Of a stretch of DNA of 64,000 nt, positions 9,901 through 17,316 are shown one piece after another (the first letter of the stretch is position 1; every line of letters starts with the position of its first letter). A program made the translations under genes and the position numbers. The notes below the pieces were generated by a model that searched no databases, was not told the DNA's origin, and saw nothing but the letters and a program-made list of their open reading frames with translations. The DNA is from Akkermansia muciniphila (GTDB lineage Bacteria; Verrucomicrobiota; Kiritimatiellia; RFP12; JAAYNR01). The stretch lies in NCBI GenBank assembly GCA_945870025.1, contig CAMBQN010000004.1, forward strand, positions 65,017 through 129,016, in the 5' to 3' direction.

Positions 9901-12714
9901 CGTGTCGATGAGGATCGGTTCGTAGGGTCGGACCGTGTGGATGGCGTTGCTGAGCGTGGTCAGGCCCCACCACCAGGAGCCGTTTGACGGAAAGTGACCG
10001 CCCGACTGAAAGAGCGTGACATGTCGGGCGTTGCCGGCGATCGAGGCCCATATCTTGCGCGCCTGGCCGGAGAAAGTGTAGTCGTTCTTGAAGTCCATCA
10101 GCCATGTCTTGGCAGCACGGGGATGGCTCGGAATATCGCTGATCAGCCCGACGGCCGGAAGGAGCAGGTTGCCGTCGTAGAAGCGTATGTGCAAGCCGTC
10201 GTAGTACCATTCTCTGTTGTTCTGGCCGGCTTCCACACGCATGTAGGGATTGCGCTCGCGAACAGCCAGGCTGCGGGTATGGATGGTCAAGTTGCGCAGC
10301 CAGTAGAAGACCCATCCCTTTTCACTTGGGGAAGAGCCGAACCCGGTCTTGAACTTGGCAAAGGGGAGTTCTTCCCAGGACAGGATGTCGGAGCCTTCGT
10401 TCTGGTTGAGCTTCTCGACGGTTTTCGTGAACCCCTGCAACATATACTCGAGCTGGAGCATGTAGTCGTAGCCCCAGGAAAGGTCCTGCATTTGGCTTTC
10501 TTCGATCATGTCTCGCGACACCTGGCGCGCATTCTTGCCCTCGCTGATGTAGCCCTCCGTCCGGCCATGAGCCTGCTCAATATACGGGAGGGCGGGTTGC
10601 TTGAAGCGATACGGATCGCTCTGCGGCTTCTTGCTCTTGGCTACGGCGTTGAGATAGTGATCGCCCGCGCGTGTCGGTTGGATGAAGATGTCGGTGGTGT
10701 CAAAACTCCACTCGTACGGAAAGCCGGGGTAGGAAGGGAACGAGCCGTTGCCGGCCAGCGTGTTGATCCCGGCCATGTGCAGGTTCGCGGCGATCGGCTT
10801 TATTTCCGACTGTATCCATTCGGACCACTGGAAAATACGGCGCTGTTCGTAAATCGCCTGGCGGGCCAGCGGTTTGACGAGACGACCGTAAATCTTCTCT
10901 GCATCGTCAACCAAGTCGACGCGCAGGCTGTACTGTGCCGGCGGCAAGGTGCCCGGGAGCAGCATGTCCAAGGCGATTGCATCCTTGCCATTCCACGGCG
11001 CCTGCCAGACCCGATAGACCCGGTCGAGGTCTTCGTTCATTAGCTGCAGACGCGCCTGCAAGGGCGGATAGGTGCCGGTCGAAGAGTCCTTGACCTGTAA
11101 CTTCACCGGGACGAGGACCTCGCCGTCGATTATGGCCGGCCACCCCTCCAAGGCCATCTCGAAACGTCCGCGCACCTCGACCAGCCGCTCCATGCGGTGC
11201 AAGACCTTGTCGTCTGCGTCACGCGCGGAAATCTCCAACCGGTAGTCGGGGCTCGGAAGCGTCAGGATCGGCAGGTCCAGCCCCAGATCCAGCAACGTCC
11301 ACTCGCCGATTTTGCTAGACAGGCTCTTGCCCGTGACGCAGGCGACTTCTTTGCCGTCTGGCGCAAACAACTTCATCTCGGGCACGATCGGCGTTGCCGT
11401 TTCCTGATGCCGGACAAAAGACACGACGACCTTGTTGGTAGCGCCGGCGAAAAAAGGCTGAGGCTTGATCGGTTCATTACGCCAACCGACGGACGCCGTT
11501 CGGTGGTCGGGACCGTCCTTGAGCCACGTGAAGAGATTCCGATGGAATAGGCTCGGATTTTGAATATCCCAATACTTCACAGGATTGAGAACGGTAGGCG
11601 TTAGGATGGCCGCATCGAGTGTCTGGTCAACTTCCGACATCAACAAAGATCCCCCTCGCCCGATTCGGCGATAGCCACAGTAGAAAGCCTTGAACACCGG
11701 CAGTTGATCGTCGATCGGCGGAAAGGCCGGGTTTTTTTCGAGTTTCTCGGGATACAATTCATCCCATGGACCTCGTTGATAGTGGTACTCGCCCTTCAGC
11801 TTGCCCCGTATGGCCGCGTCCCCTTTGCCGATCATCTCATAAATCTGCTCGATCCAATACAGGAATTGCGCGTCGATGATCACCTGTCCCCCGCGTCGGG
11901 CGTAGTGGTAGAGGCGCCACAGCATGAACGGGGAGCTATCACTGCCCGACAAGCGAAACAGCAGGGCGATATCAAAACGCGGCTCGCCCGTTTCGTCGAA
12001 GGTCAAGCCCTCATTGATCAAATCGCGGCCCAGTGTTTTACCTGCAATACCCAGAACGGTGCCCTGAAACGCCTCTTTCACCATAGGCACGAACAATTTG
12101 GGCAGATTGACCGAGGCCAGATTCATTCTCGTCTTGGACCAGCGCGACTTGAGATTGTCCGGTTGGCCGGCGATGCGGGCGCTGGCCTCTTTGGCAAAAA
12201 ACCGCGTCCACTCGTCGGCGTTGTTTTCAAAGGTTTTTACGGCCTCCGTCGCGCGTGGGTCGCCGATCTGGCCAAGCGCGTAAAGGACGCACTCGCGGAG
12301 GAACGCGTCTTTCGACATCTTTTCGTCGCCGAGCCACCTAAGCAGGGCGGGGACCGCCTTCTTGGAACGCATCTGACCGGCGGCACAGGCGACAGTCGGC
12401 CGCATTTTAACGGGAATATCCGCAAAGCCCATCCACTCGCCGTAGTTATCGCGAAGCTGATCCATCGTCTGTCCGGTGCTGAGTGTCCAGATTCCATTGT
12501 GGTCGCTCGTCTGGACCATGGCATTCAAATGAGTCGTCAGTTCTTCAGCGTTCGGAGCGTTCACAATCGCTTCGAGCTCGTTGAGTGCCCTGGCGCCCGC
12601 CGCTAGCCTGGGATCCAAGGCGATAATACCGGCTAGGAGGGCGAGGCAGAGACCAGTCTTGCGGTAAGAAAAAACGTGTTTCAGTTCATGCCTGTCAATC
12701 GAATGAACATTCAT
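6910..12714 (-). CDS. Giant (1934 aa) signal-anchored multidomain protein of unknown function; N-terminal HEAT/PBS-lyase-like repeats
   Basis: Uninterrupted 5.8-kb ORF with a hydrophobic N-terminal segment (GLCLALLAGIIAL). HEAT-like PALLRWLGDEKMS...ALGQIGDPRATEAVKTF. Long beta-rich regions and a C-terminal lectin/CBM-like end. No catalytic family recognised. Confidence 0.7.
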   Translation of the reverse strand: MNVHSIDRHELKHVFSYRKTGLCLALLAGIIALDPRLAAGARALNELEAIVNAPNAEELTTHLNAMVQTSDHNGIWTLSTGQTMDQLRDNYGEWMGFADIPVKMRPTVACAAGQMRSKKAVPALLRWLGDEKMSKDAFLRECVLYALGQIGDPRATEAVKTFENNADEWTRFFAKEASARIAGQPDNLKSRWSKTRMNLASVNLPKLFVPMVKEAFQGTVLGIAGKTLGRDLINEGLTFDETGEPRFDIALLFRLSGSDSSPFMLWRLYHYARRGGQVIIDAQFLYWIEQIYEMIGKGDAAIRGKLKGEYHYQRGPWDELYPEKLEKNPAFPPIDDQLPVFKAFYCGYRRIGRGGSLLMSEVDQTLDAAILTPTVLNPVKYWDIQNPSLFHRNLFTWLKDGPDHRTASVGWRNEPIKPQPFFAGATNKVVVSFVRHQETATPIVPEMKLFAPDGKEVACVTGKSLSSKIGEWTLLDLGLDLPILTLPSPDYRLEISARDADDKVLHRMERLVEVRGRFEMALEGWPAIIDGEVLVPVKLQVKDSSTGTYPPLQARLQLMNEDLDRVYRVWQAPWNGKDAIALDMLLPGTLPPAQYSLRVDLVDDAEKIYGRLVKPLARQAIYEQRRIFQWSEWIQSEIKPIAANLHMAGINTLAGNGSFPSYPGFPYEWSFDTTDIFIQPTRAGDHYLNAVAKSKKPQSDPYRFKQPALPYIEQAHGRTEGYISEGKNARQVSRDMIEESQMQDLSWGYDYMLQLEYMLQGFTKTVEKLNQNEGSDILSWEELPFAKFKTGFGSSPSEKGWVFYWLRNLTIHTRSLAVRERNPYMRVEAGQNNREWYYDGLHIRFYDGNLLLPAVGLISDIPSHPRAAKTWLMDFKNDYTFSGQARKIWASIAGNARHVTLFQSGGHFPSNGSWWWGLTTLSNAIHTVRPYEPILIDTRARISPDIVVYGPGVNNATPVNEMLVALGILPDAAKNGSYMARIEGDKDVTKYRIIIDGNNNDIKPEQIAAIRRAVENGAVLISTPNGSPTIAAEFGVQVSAGENSNGVKRVDLNPLAKLLPGVRDAWLYGKLGSASGVTAKSGLTDAAGLIFGQVGKGLFIYVNLESEICGLGARSGDESPWDYEGWTQFWLAVLERQGLTRDVFRVVDSSGRTDRRIVCRILDTADGSQRYLLMQANNVLEGSLSNWDIDAREKQAAARFAPDKPVRFKAGMTPVTLRFKSQETMEGQVWIRRKVSTAPAKPEYTLRFSMKRDGKAYDPPGIWGKPGGARLRAEVPTDGFVWEAAGPSYELFSGSDYELTFEPGEREVEVDRIVVLPSIVTARILIADPRIVSLYDVRDDRSYPVVETKGLRHVDVSARAGSGAILGLVEAPAGKFVARTVSPEVGRGGSLRVDCEIQGPDGKPQARSTTLCGTLRRGPRNEPVSNSVQHRLFEGGKGIFEYWIMGTESEGPATLEVLNMATGQRVELPLTIRDLGGNQNPLGTGWTAKLDERPKQHRLQVDPLPDLRVPDIGIFNLTGTFSNGGDEPLKLEFGSALPTNCFPGGIASCQFTAAPKTTTRFSIPVVIARKTARQIQRRDLTIPVWVKTSDGTVLVRQNVRLLTNPWDVAPPVINGLIDGAASVIVTNATATTQTITIELQPVEGIVMPKPTQRVDVPAKKGISVTIPCRPQDIAVSDGQYPITYRATLAPASSQEGETIVEVRTLSRWWVNNASTMPTIKDSDGAYAKDGGDADISQMIERSAELGDLLDSDGPWSGNTKTIFGASDPLKGWTRAMFGNSIWLGNLKPLPKALDVICAATRVWSPDDREVTVKAGRRTVAYTCLDDQVVHSVNKEDKKSTPPISDRRFVGRFLLNGQLIYDSRPNAKMPKGPFKLRQGENTLLVQISASVDNPIGMDYNTDPGNIFVLFYDVKTGQRSRSLLFDMDKPVTKAAD

Positions 12715-12949
12715 AGAGCATCATCCTCCATCGGACTCGTGCATTGAGACTCGCCTGACTCTTCAACCGACACCCCATCGTCTTCTGCGCGGCACCATAC
12801 CGTCCCCAAAACGAACAGGAGAAATGTCGCACATTCGGAGGCGTTTGTCTACCCTTCCTGACGCAAGCCGTCAGGCGCAGCGTCCGGGGGGTAAGAGTCT
12901 CAACCTGCTTAGCCTCTCTGCGGGGCCAACGGACGTCGCTTCCGGCATC

Positions 12950-13429
12950 TCAGGACAACGTGGTCAGAAAATCCACGAGACCGGGAATGGCAGCGGTGAT
13001 GCGTTCGCGGCAGAGTCGGTAGGCGGCGGTGCTGGCGCCGACGGGATCATCGATGTCGTGGTCGCGGGGCGATTCGTCGGCTGCGAATGACCGGAGCAGG
13101 AATAGGCGCTGCTCGGCGGCGGGGTGGTCCTGGAGGATCTGGTCGCGATGGGTGCTGGCGAGCGCGACGATCACAGAGGCCTGACGCACCAGCGCGGGGG
13201 TCAGCATCCGGCTGCGGTGGGCAGAGAGATCGATGCCGAAATCGCGCAGCGCGGCGACGGCGCCGCCGCTGGCGGATAGTCCGGGAATCGCGCATAGCCC
13301 CGCCGACGCGATTTCCCATTCCGCGTCCGCCGGCAGCGCATGCCTCAGCAACGCCTCGGCCATCGGACTGCGGCAGGTATTGCCGGTGCAGACGAAGATC
13401 ACGAGGCGTTGGGCCGATCTGGGGGACAT
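12950..13429 (-). CDS. Low-molecular-weight protein tyrosine (or arginine) phosphatase
   Basis: CX5R(S) P-loop VCTGNTCRSPMAE near the N-terminus and a downstream DDP acid loop (DIDDPVG). Size is 159 aa. Confidence 0.85.
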   Translation of the reverse strand: MSPRSAQRLVIFVCTGNTCRSPMAEALLRHALPADAEWEIASAGLCAIPGLSASGGAVAALRDFGIDLSAHRSRMLTPALVRQASVIVALASTHRDQILQDHPAAEQRLFLLRSFAADESPRDHDIDDPVGASTAAYRLCRERITAAIPGLVDFLTTLS

Positions 13430-13433
13430 GGTG

Positions 13434-14321
13434 TTACCGCGAGGCGGCCCGACGGGCCGATTCCAGGGTGTTGTGCAGCAGCATGGTGATGGTCATGGGG
13501 CCGACGCCGCCGGGAACGGGCGTGATCCGCCCGGCGGTCTCGCACGCCGAGGCGAAATCCACGTCGCCGACGAGCCGGAAGCCGTTGCGGGCCGTCGCAT
13601 CGGGGATGCGGTTGACGCCCACGTCGATTACCGTCGCGCCCGGCTTGATCATGCTGCCGGTGACGGTTCCGGCGCGGCCGGCGGCGACCACGAGGATGTC
13701 GGCCTGGCGGGTGAAGGAGGCGAGGTCGCGCGTGCCGGTGTGGCAGACCGTGACCGTCGCATTGCCGCCGGGGGCCTTGCGCATCAGCAGATGCGCGACC
13801 GGCTTGCCGACGATGTTTGAGCGTCCGACGACCACGGCATGGCGGCCCGAGGTCTCGACGCCGCTGCGGATCAGCAGTTGGATAATGCCGTGCGGGGTGC
13901 AGGGGAGGTAGCACGGTTCGTCAATGAGCATCCGCCCGATGTTTACCGGCGTAAAGCCGTCCACATCCTTGGCGGGCGCAATGGCGTTGATCACGGCTTT
14001 CTCGTCAATGTGGCGCGGCAGCGGGAGCTGGACGAGAATGCCGTGGATGCGGGGGTCGGCGTTCATGCGGCCAACCTCGGCCAGCAAATCGGCCTGCGAG
14101 ATGTCAGGCGAGAGACGGCGATCCTCCGAGAACATTCCAGCCTCGGCGCAGGCCTTCTCCTTAGCGGTCACGTACGAGGCCGACGCGGGATCCTGTCCAA
14201 CCAGAATCACGCCAAGCCCCGGCGTCACGCCCGCGCTTGCCTGGAGTTCCGCCACCTGGCGCGCGATCTCCACGCGCATTTCCGCCGCCGCCTGCTTGCC
14301 GTCAATGATGATTGCGCTCAT
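13434..14321 (-). CDS. folD: Bifunctional methylenetetrahydrofolate dehydrogenase/cyclohydrolase
   Basis: MSAIIIDGKQAA..., VILVGQDPASASYVTAKEKAC, GILVQLPLP, VVVGRSNIVGKP and PVPGGVGPMTI. Start moved to ATG at 14321, 22 codons inside the ORF-track start. Confidence 0.93.
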   Translation of the reverse strand: MSAIIIDGKQAAAEMRVEIARQVAELQASAGVTPGLGVILVGQDPASASYVTAKEKACAEAGMFSEDRRLSPDISQADLLAEVGRMNADPRIHGILVQLPLPRHIDEKAVINAIAPAKDVDGFTPVNIGRMLIDEPCYLPCTPHGIIQLLIRSGVETSGRHAVVVGRSNIVGKPVAHLLMRKAPGGNATVTVCHTGTRDLASFTRQADILVVAAGRAGTVTGSMIKPGATVIDVGVNRIPDATARNGFRLVGDVDFASACETAGRITPVPGGVGPMTITMLLHNTLESARRAASR

Positions 14322-14348
14322 GGGGCACCTCTGAAAGATAAAGAAGTG

Positions 14349-14385
14349 GCGCTTGCAAAACCCATTTCGCCGGTTCTGCAAGCGC
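14349..14385. repeat. Solo family-A hairpin GCGCTTGCAAAACC-N9-GGTTCTGCAAGCGC
   Basis: 14-nt arms with one A/C (G:U on the other strand) mismatch. Located between the ferredoxin stop and the folD start. Confidence 0.8.
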
Positions 14386-14428
14386 ACGATTCAGATGCAG
14401 ACCGGCCGCAGCCGGCGGTACAGACGCC

Positions 14429-14602
14429 TCACGCGCCGGGTTCGATCGCATCGTTCGGGCACGCGCCCGTGCAGGCGCCGCAATCCACGCAGGTGTCGGC
14501 GTCGATCACGAATTTGGGGTCGCCCTCGCTGATTGCTTCAACCGGGCAGGAATCCTTGCACGCGCCGCAGCGGGTGCATTTGTCGGTAATGACGTAGGCC
14601 AT
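14429..14602 (-). CDS. 2x[4Fe-4S] ferredoxin (57 aa)
   Basis: MAYVITDKCTRCGACKDSCP...CVDCGACTGACP contains two CxxCxxCxxxCP motifs. Start taken at the MAYV methionine (14602). Confidence 0.85.
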   Translation of the reverse strand: MAYVITDKCTRCGACKDSCPVEAISEGDPKFVIDADTCVDCGACTGACPNDAIEPGA

Positions 14603-14739
14603 GATGTGTTTCCTTATGTTTGTCCCGAGCCGCCGATCCGGTCCCGCGGACAAACACGGGACACCCTGTGACGTGGGAAAGGCGAATATGATACCCGATT
14701 GGACCGCTTCGGGCAAGCAGAGGATTTTTAACAGCAGAG

Positions 14740-14902
14740 GCGCTTGCAAAACCTCCTTCGTCGGTTCTGCAAGCGCAGTATTCAGAAGTCAGTATTCAGA
14801 ATCAGAACCCTTTCTTGAGCAGGGTCTTATCCACATTCTGGTTCCTGACTTCTGTATTCTGACTTCTCTCTTGCAAACACCCCGGAGGGGTTTTGCAAGA
14901 GC
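14740..14902. mobile_element. Family-A composite palindromic (MITE-like) element, 163 bp, flanked by the 8-bp direct repeat CAGCAGAG
   Basis: The left end is a hairpin GCGCTTGCAAAACC-N9-GGTTCTGCAAGCGC (14740-14776). The interior is an imperfect inverted repeat built of ..TTCAG.. heptads (AGTATTCAGAAGTCAGTATTCAGAATCAGAACC ... GGTTCCTGACTTCTGTATTCTGACTTCT). The right end is a hairpin TCTTGCAAACACCCC-GGA-GGGGTTTTGCAAGAGC. The direct repeats are at 14732-14739 and 14905-14912. Confidence 0.75.
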
Positions 14903-14989
14903 CTCAGCAGAGATTTCGCTTAATTTTGCGCATAAGATATCGCTTCTTATACATGGCTGTGGCAAACTTACAGTTTTACAAGGAGCGCC

Positions 14990-16141
14990 ATGAATAAATC
15001 TGCACGTTTTCTGCTTCATGCCTTCGTTCTTCTAGCCGTCACCGTCGCGTTTGCTGGCGAGCGTGCGTGCGAGTGGACGAATGTCACCCGCATTGTGGCT
15101 GTCGGCGATGTCCATGGTGACTATGGGCAACTGGTCACATGCCTTCGGAACGCCGGCGTGATTACGGAAACCAACACGTGGGCCGGCGGGAAGACGCATC
15201 TCGTCCAAACCGGCGATATTCTTGATCGCGGCCCCAGCTCAAAGCAAGCCATGGATCTGCTGATGGCCCTTGAACCCCAGGCGGAACGGGCTGGCGGCAT
15301 GGTTCATCCGCTCCTGGGTAATCATGAGGCCATGGTGCTCGCCGGCGACTACTCGTATCTTGACCCGCACGAGGCGGACGCCTACGGCGGTCTGGACGAG
15401 TTCAAGAAGAGCATGGCGGCGGAAGGAAAATACGGTCAATGGATCCGCGGACACCAGGCGATCATCCGGATTAACGACATTCTCTTTGTGCACGGCGGAA
15501 TCACCGGCACGCAGACGAACCGGTCGCTCGCGGAAATCAACGCGCGGGCCGCAGCCGCACTCGGCCCACGCGATGTGACCAAAGCCGGCGATTCCATCGA
15601 GGTTCTTTGGTGCCGTGATCTCGCCTTGGCTCCGAAGGCGGATCTGGAGTCCATGCTCGCGCCGGTTTTCCGTAAGTATGACGTGAGACATGTCGTGATT
15701 GGGCATACCGTAGTCAAGAATCCGCCGCGCATCAAGAGCCGTCTGCAAGGCGCCGTCATCCTGATTGATGTCGGCATGTCGCGCACCTACAGGGGCGGCC
15801 CCGCAATCTGCCTGCTCATCGAGAACGGTACGTTTTCGGCCGTTAGCGACGAGGGCAAGACCGAGATCGAGACGGAAGCGCAAGGCGAAACCTTCGCTCA
15901 AGAAGGCGGATTTCGTGAGAAGCTGACCGCCATCCGTACCGAGGCCCGGGCGCTGGAAGAAAATGCTCCGGTCTGTCCCGAGTGCGGCAAGCCCATGAAA
16001 CGCCGCACGGCCAAAGCCGGCTCGAACGCGGGTCACGATTTTTGGGGCTGCACCGGCTATCCGGCGTGCAAGGGGGTGCGGAAGATCGAGCGACCGGAAT
16101 CGACCGGAACGACAGGTGGCGAGAACACCGCTAACCGCTAG
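14990..16141 (+). CDS. Signal-peptide PPP-type metallophosphoesterase fused to a C-terminal topoisomerase-type C4 zinc ribbon
   Basis: Signal-like N-terminus MNKSARFLLHAFVLLAVTVAFAG. PPP motifs GDVHGD, GDILDRG, GNHE. C-terminus CPECGKPMKRRTAKAGSNAGHDFWGCTGYPACKG follows the zf-C4_Topoisom pattern. Confidence 0.8.
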   Translation: MNKSARFLLHAFVLLAVTVAFAGERACEWTNVTRIVAVGDVHGDYGQLVTCLRNAGVITETNTWAGGKTHLVQTGDILDRGPSSKQAMDLLMALEPQAERAGGMVHPLLGNHEAMVLAGDYSYLDPHEADAYGGLDEFKKSMAAEGKYGQWIRGHQAIIRINDILFVHGGITGTQTNRSLAEINARAAAALGPRDVTKAGDSIEVLWCRDLALAPKADLESMLAPVFRKYDVRHVVIGHTVVKNPPRIKSRLQGAVILIDVGMSRTYRGGPAICLLIENGTFSAVSDEGKTEIETEAQGETFAQEGGFREKLTAIRTEARALEENAPVCPECGKPMKRRTAKAGSNAGHDFWGCTGYPACKGVRKIERPESTGTTGGENTANR

Positions 16142-16403
16142 CCTCGCTCCACGAGTCACTATTCTGCCAAATCCCCTTGACTTTATAACGATTGGTCAGG
16201 GTCAAGCATGGCCGGCCGGGGCACTGTTTCCAGGGGCGTTACGTAGACACAGATTCCCTGTCCCCGAGATCCTCCCGCCCCAAACGATCCCTGATGGCGG
16301 TGCTGGATCGGCTGGAAGGTAAGAAAGAGGATAGGAAGATCGTCCGCTGACGGCGTTATATCTCCCTGCGCGACTTTCACGAGTCATTTACCCGCAACGG
16401 ATT

Positions 16404-17147
16404 TCAGGCGTCCAGTCGCTTGATGTCGGCGGGTCGGAGGTCTCGCCAGGTTCCGGGCAGGAGCGTGGGCGCGGTGAGGCTGCCGATTGCGGTGCGGACG
16501 AGGCGAACGACATGGAACCCGGCGCGGGCGCAGAGGTGCCGGATCTGCCGGTTGCGGCCTTCGGACAGGGTGATCGCCACGAGGTGGCAGGTGTCCCCGG
16601 CCGACAGGATGCGGACGTGGGCGGGGCGGGTGAGGTAGCCTTCCAGTTCGATCGGTTCGCCGAGACTGCGGACGGCGGCGGAGGACAGCCGGCCCACCAC
16701 GGTCACTTCATAGGTCTTGGTGTGACCATGGCGCGGGTGGGTCATCCGCTGGATGAACGCCCCGTCGTTGGAGAGGAGCAGCAGCCCCTCGCTTTCCTTG
16801 TCCAACCGCCCCACCGGCACGAGCCGTTCGGGGAGATCGACCAGCTCGCATACCGACCGCCCCTGCGTCGTGTCCATGCTGCATACCACGCCCGGCGGCT
16901 TGTTGAGAAGGACGGTGCGCAGCCGTTCGACGGCCGGAAGCGGGGCGCTGTCCAGAAGGATGACGTCATTTCCGGGATTGACACGGAAGCCCGGTTCTGT
17001 GATTGTGGCACCGTTGACGGTGACCCGGCCAGAGGCGATGATCTCGGCCGCATGCCGGCGCGACGCCACGCCGCTGCGGGCGAGGACGAGCTGGAGGCGG
17101 TCGGCGCCAGCAGGGATTGGAGTTTGGGGTAATGGAGTGTTTGGCAT
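16404..17147 (-). CDS. Pseudouridine synthase, RsuA/RluB family (S4 domain plus catalytic domain)
   Basis: S4-like RLQLVLARSGVASRRHAAEIIASGRVTVNG and catalytic GRLDKESEGLLLLSNDG. Start moved to MPNTPLP (ATG at 17147). The upstream 120 codons of the track ORF look non-coding. Confidence 0.85.
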   Translation of the reverse strand: MPNTPLPQTPIPAGADRLQLVLARSGVASRRHAAEIIASGRVTVNGATITEPGFRVNPGNDVILLDSAPLPAVERLRTVLLNKPPGVVCSMDTTQGRSVCELVDLPERLVPVGRLDKESEGLLLLSNDGAFIQRMTHPRHGHTKTYEVTVVGRLSSAAVRSLGEPIELEGYLTRPAHVRILSAGDTCHLVAITLSEGRNRQIRHLCARAGFHVVRLVRTAIGSLTAPTLLPGTWRDLRPADIKRLDA

Positions 17148-17316
17148 GGGTTTGTCGGACCGGGAGTATATGCGAAAACCGAGCGCCGTGTCGCTAAAAA
17201 AACCGCGCGTCGGCTGGTGGGCGCGTTTTCGCTTCTGGTTGTGGAGGCTGTGGGCCCGGCGATGAACGACCGGACAGGCGCGCCGGGTAGGCGGGTGTGA
17301 CGAAGGAGGAAAGACC

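Noticed and set aside
9994-12606. +strand ORFs 9994..11043 and 11704..12606
   Set aside because: Antisense to the uninterrupted 1934-aa gene and with shadow-ORF composition.
15239-16159. 306-aa minus-strand ORF
   Set aside because: Antisense to the metallophosphoesterase, which has clear catalytic motifs.
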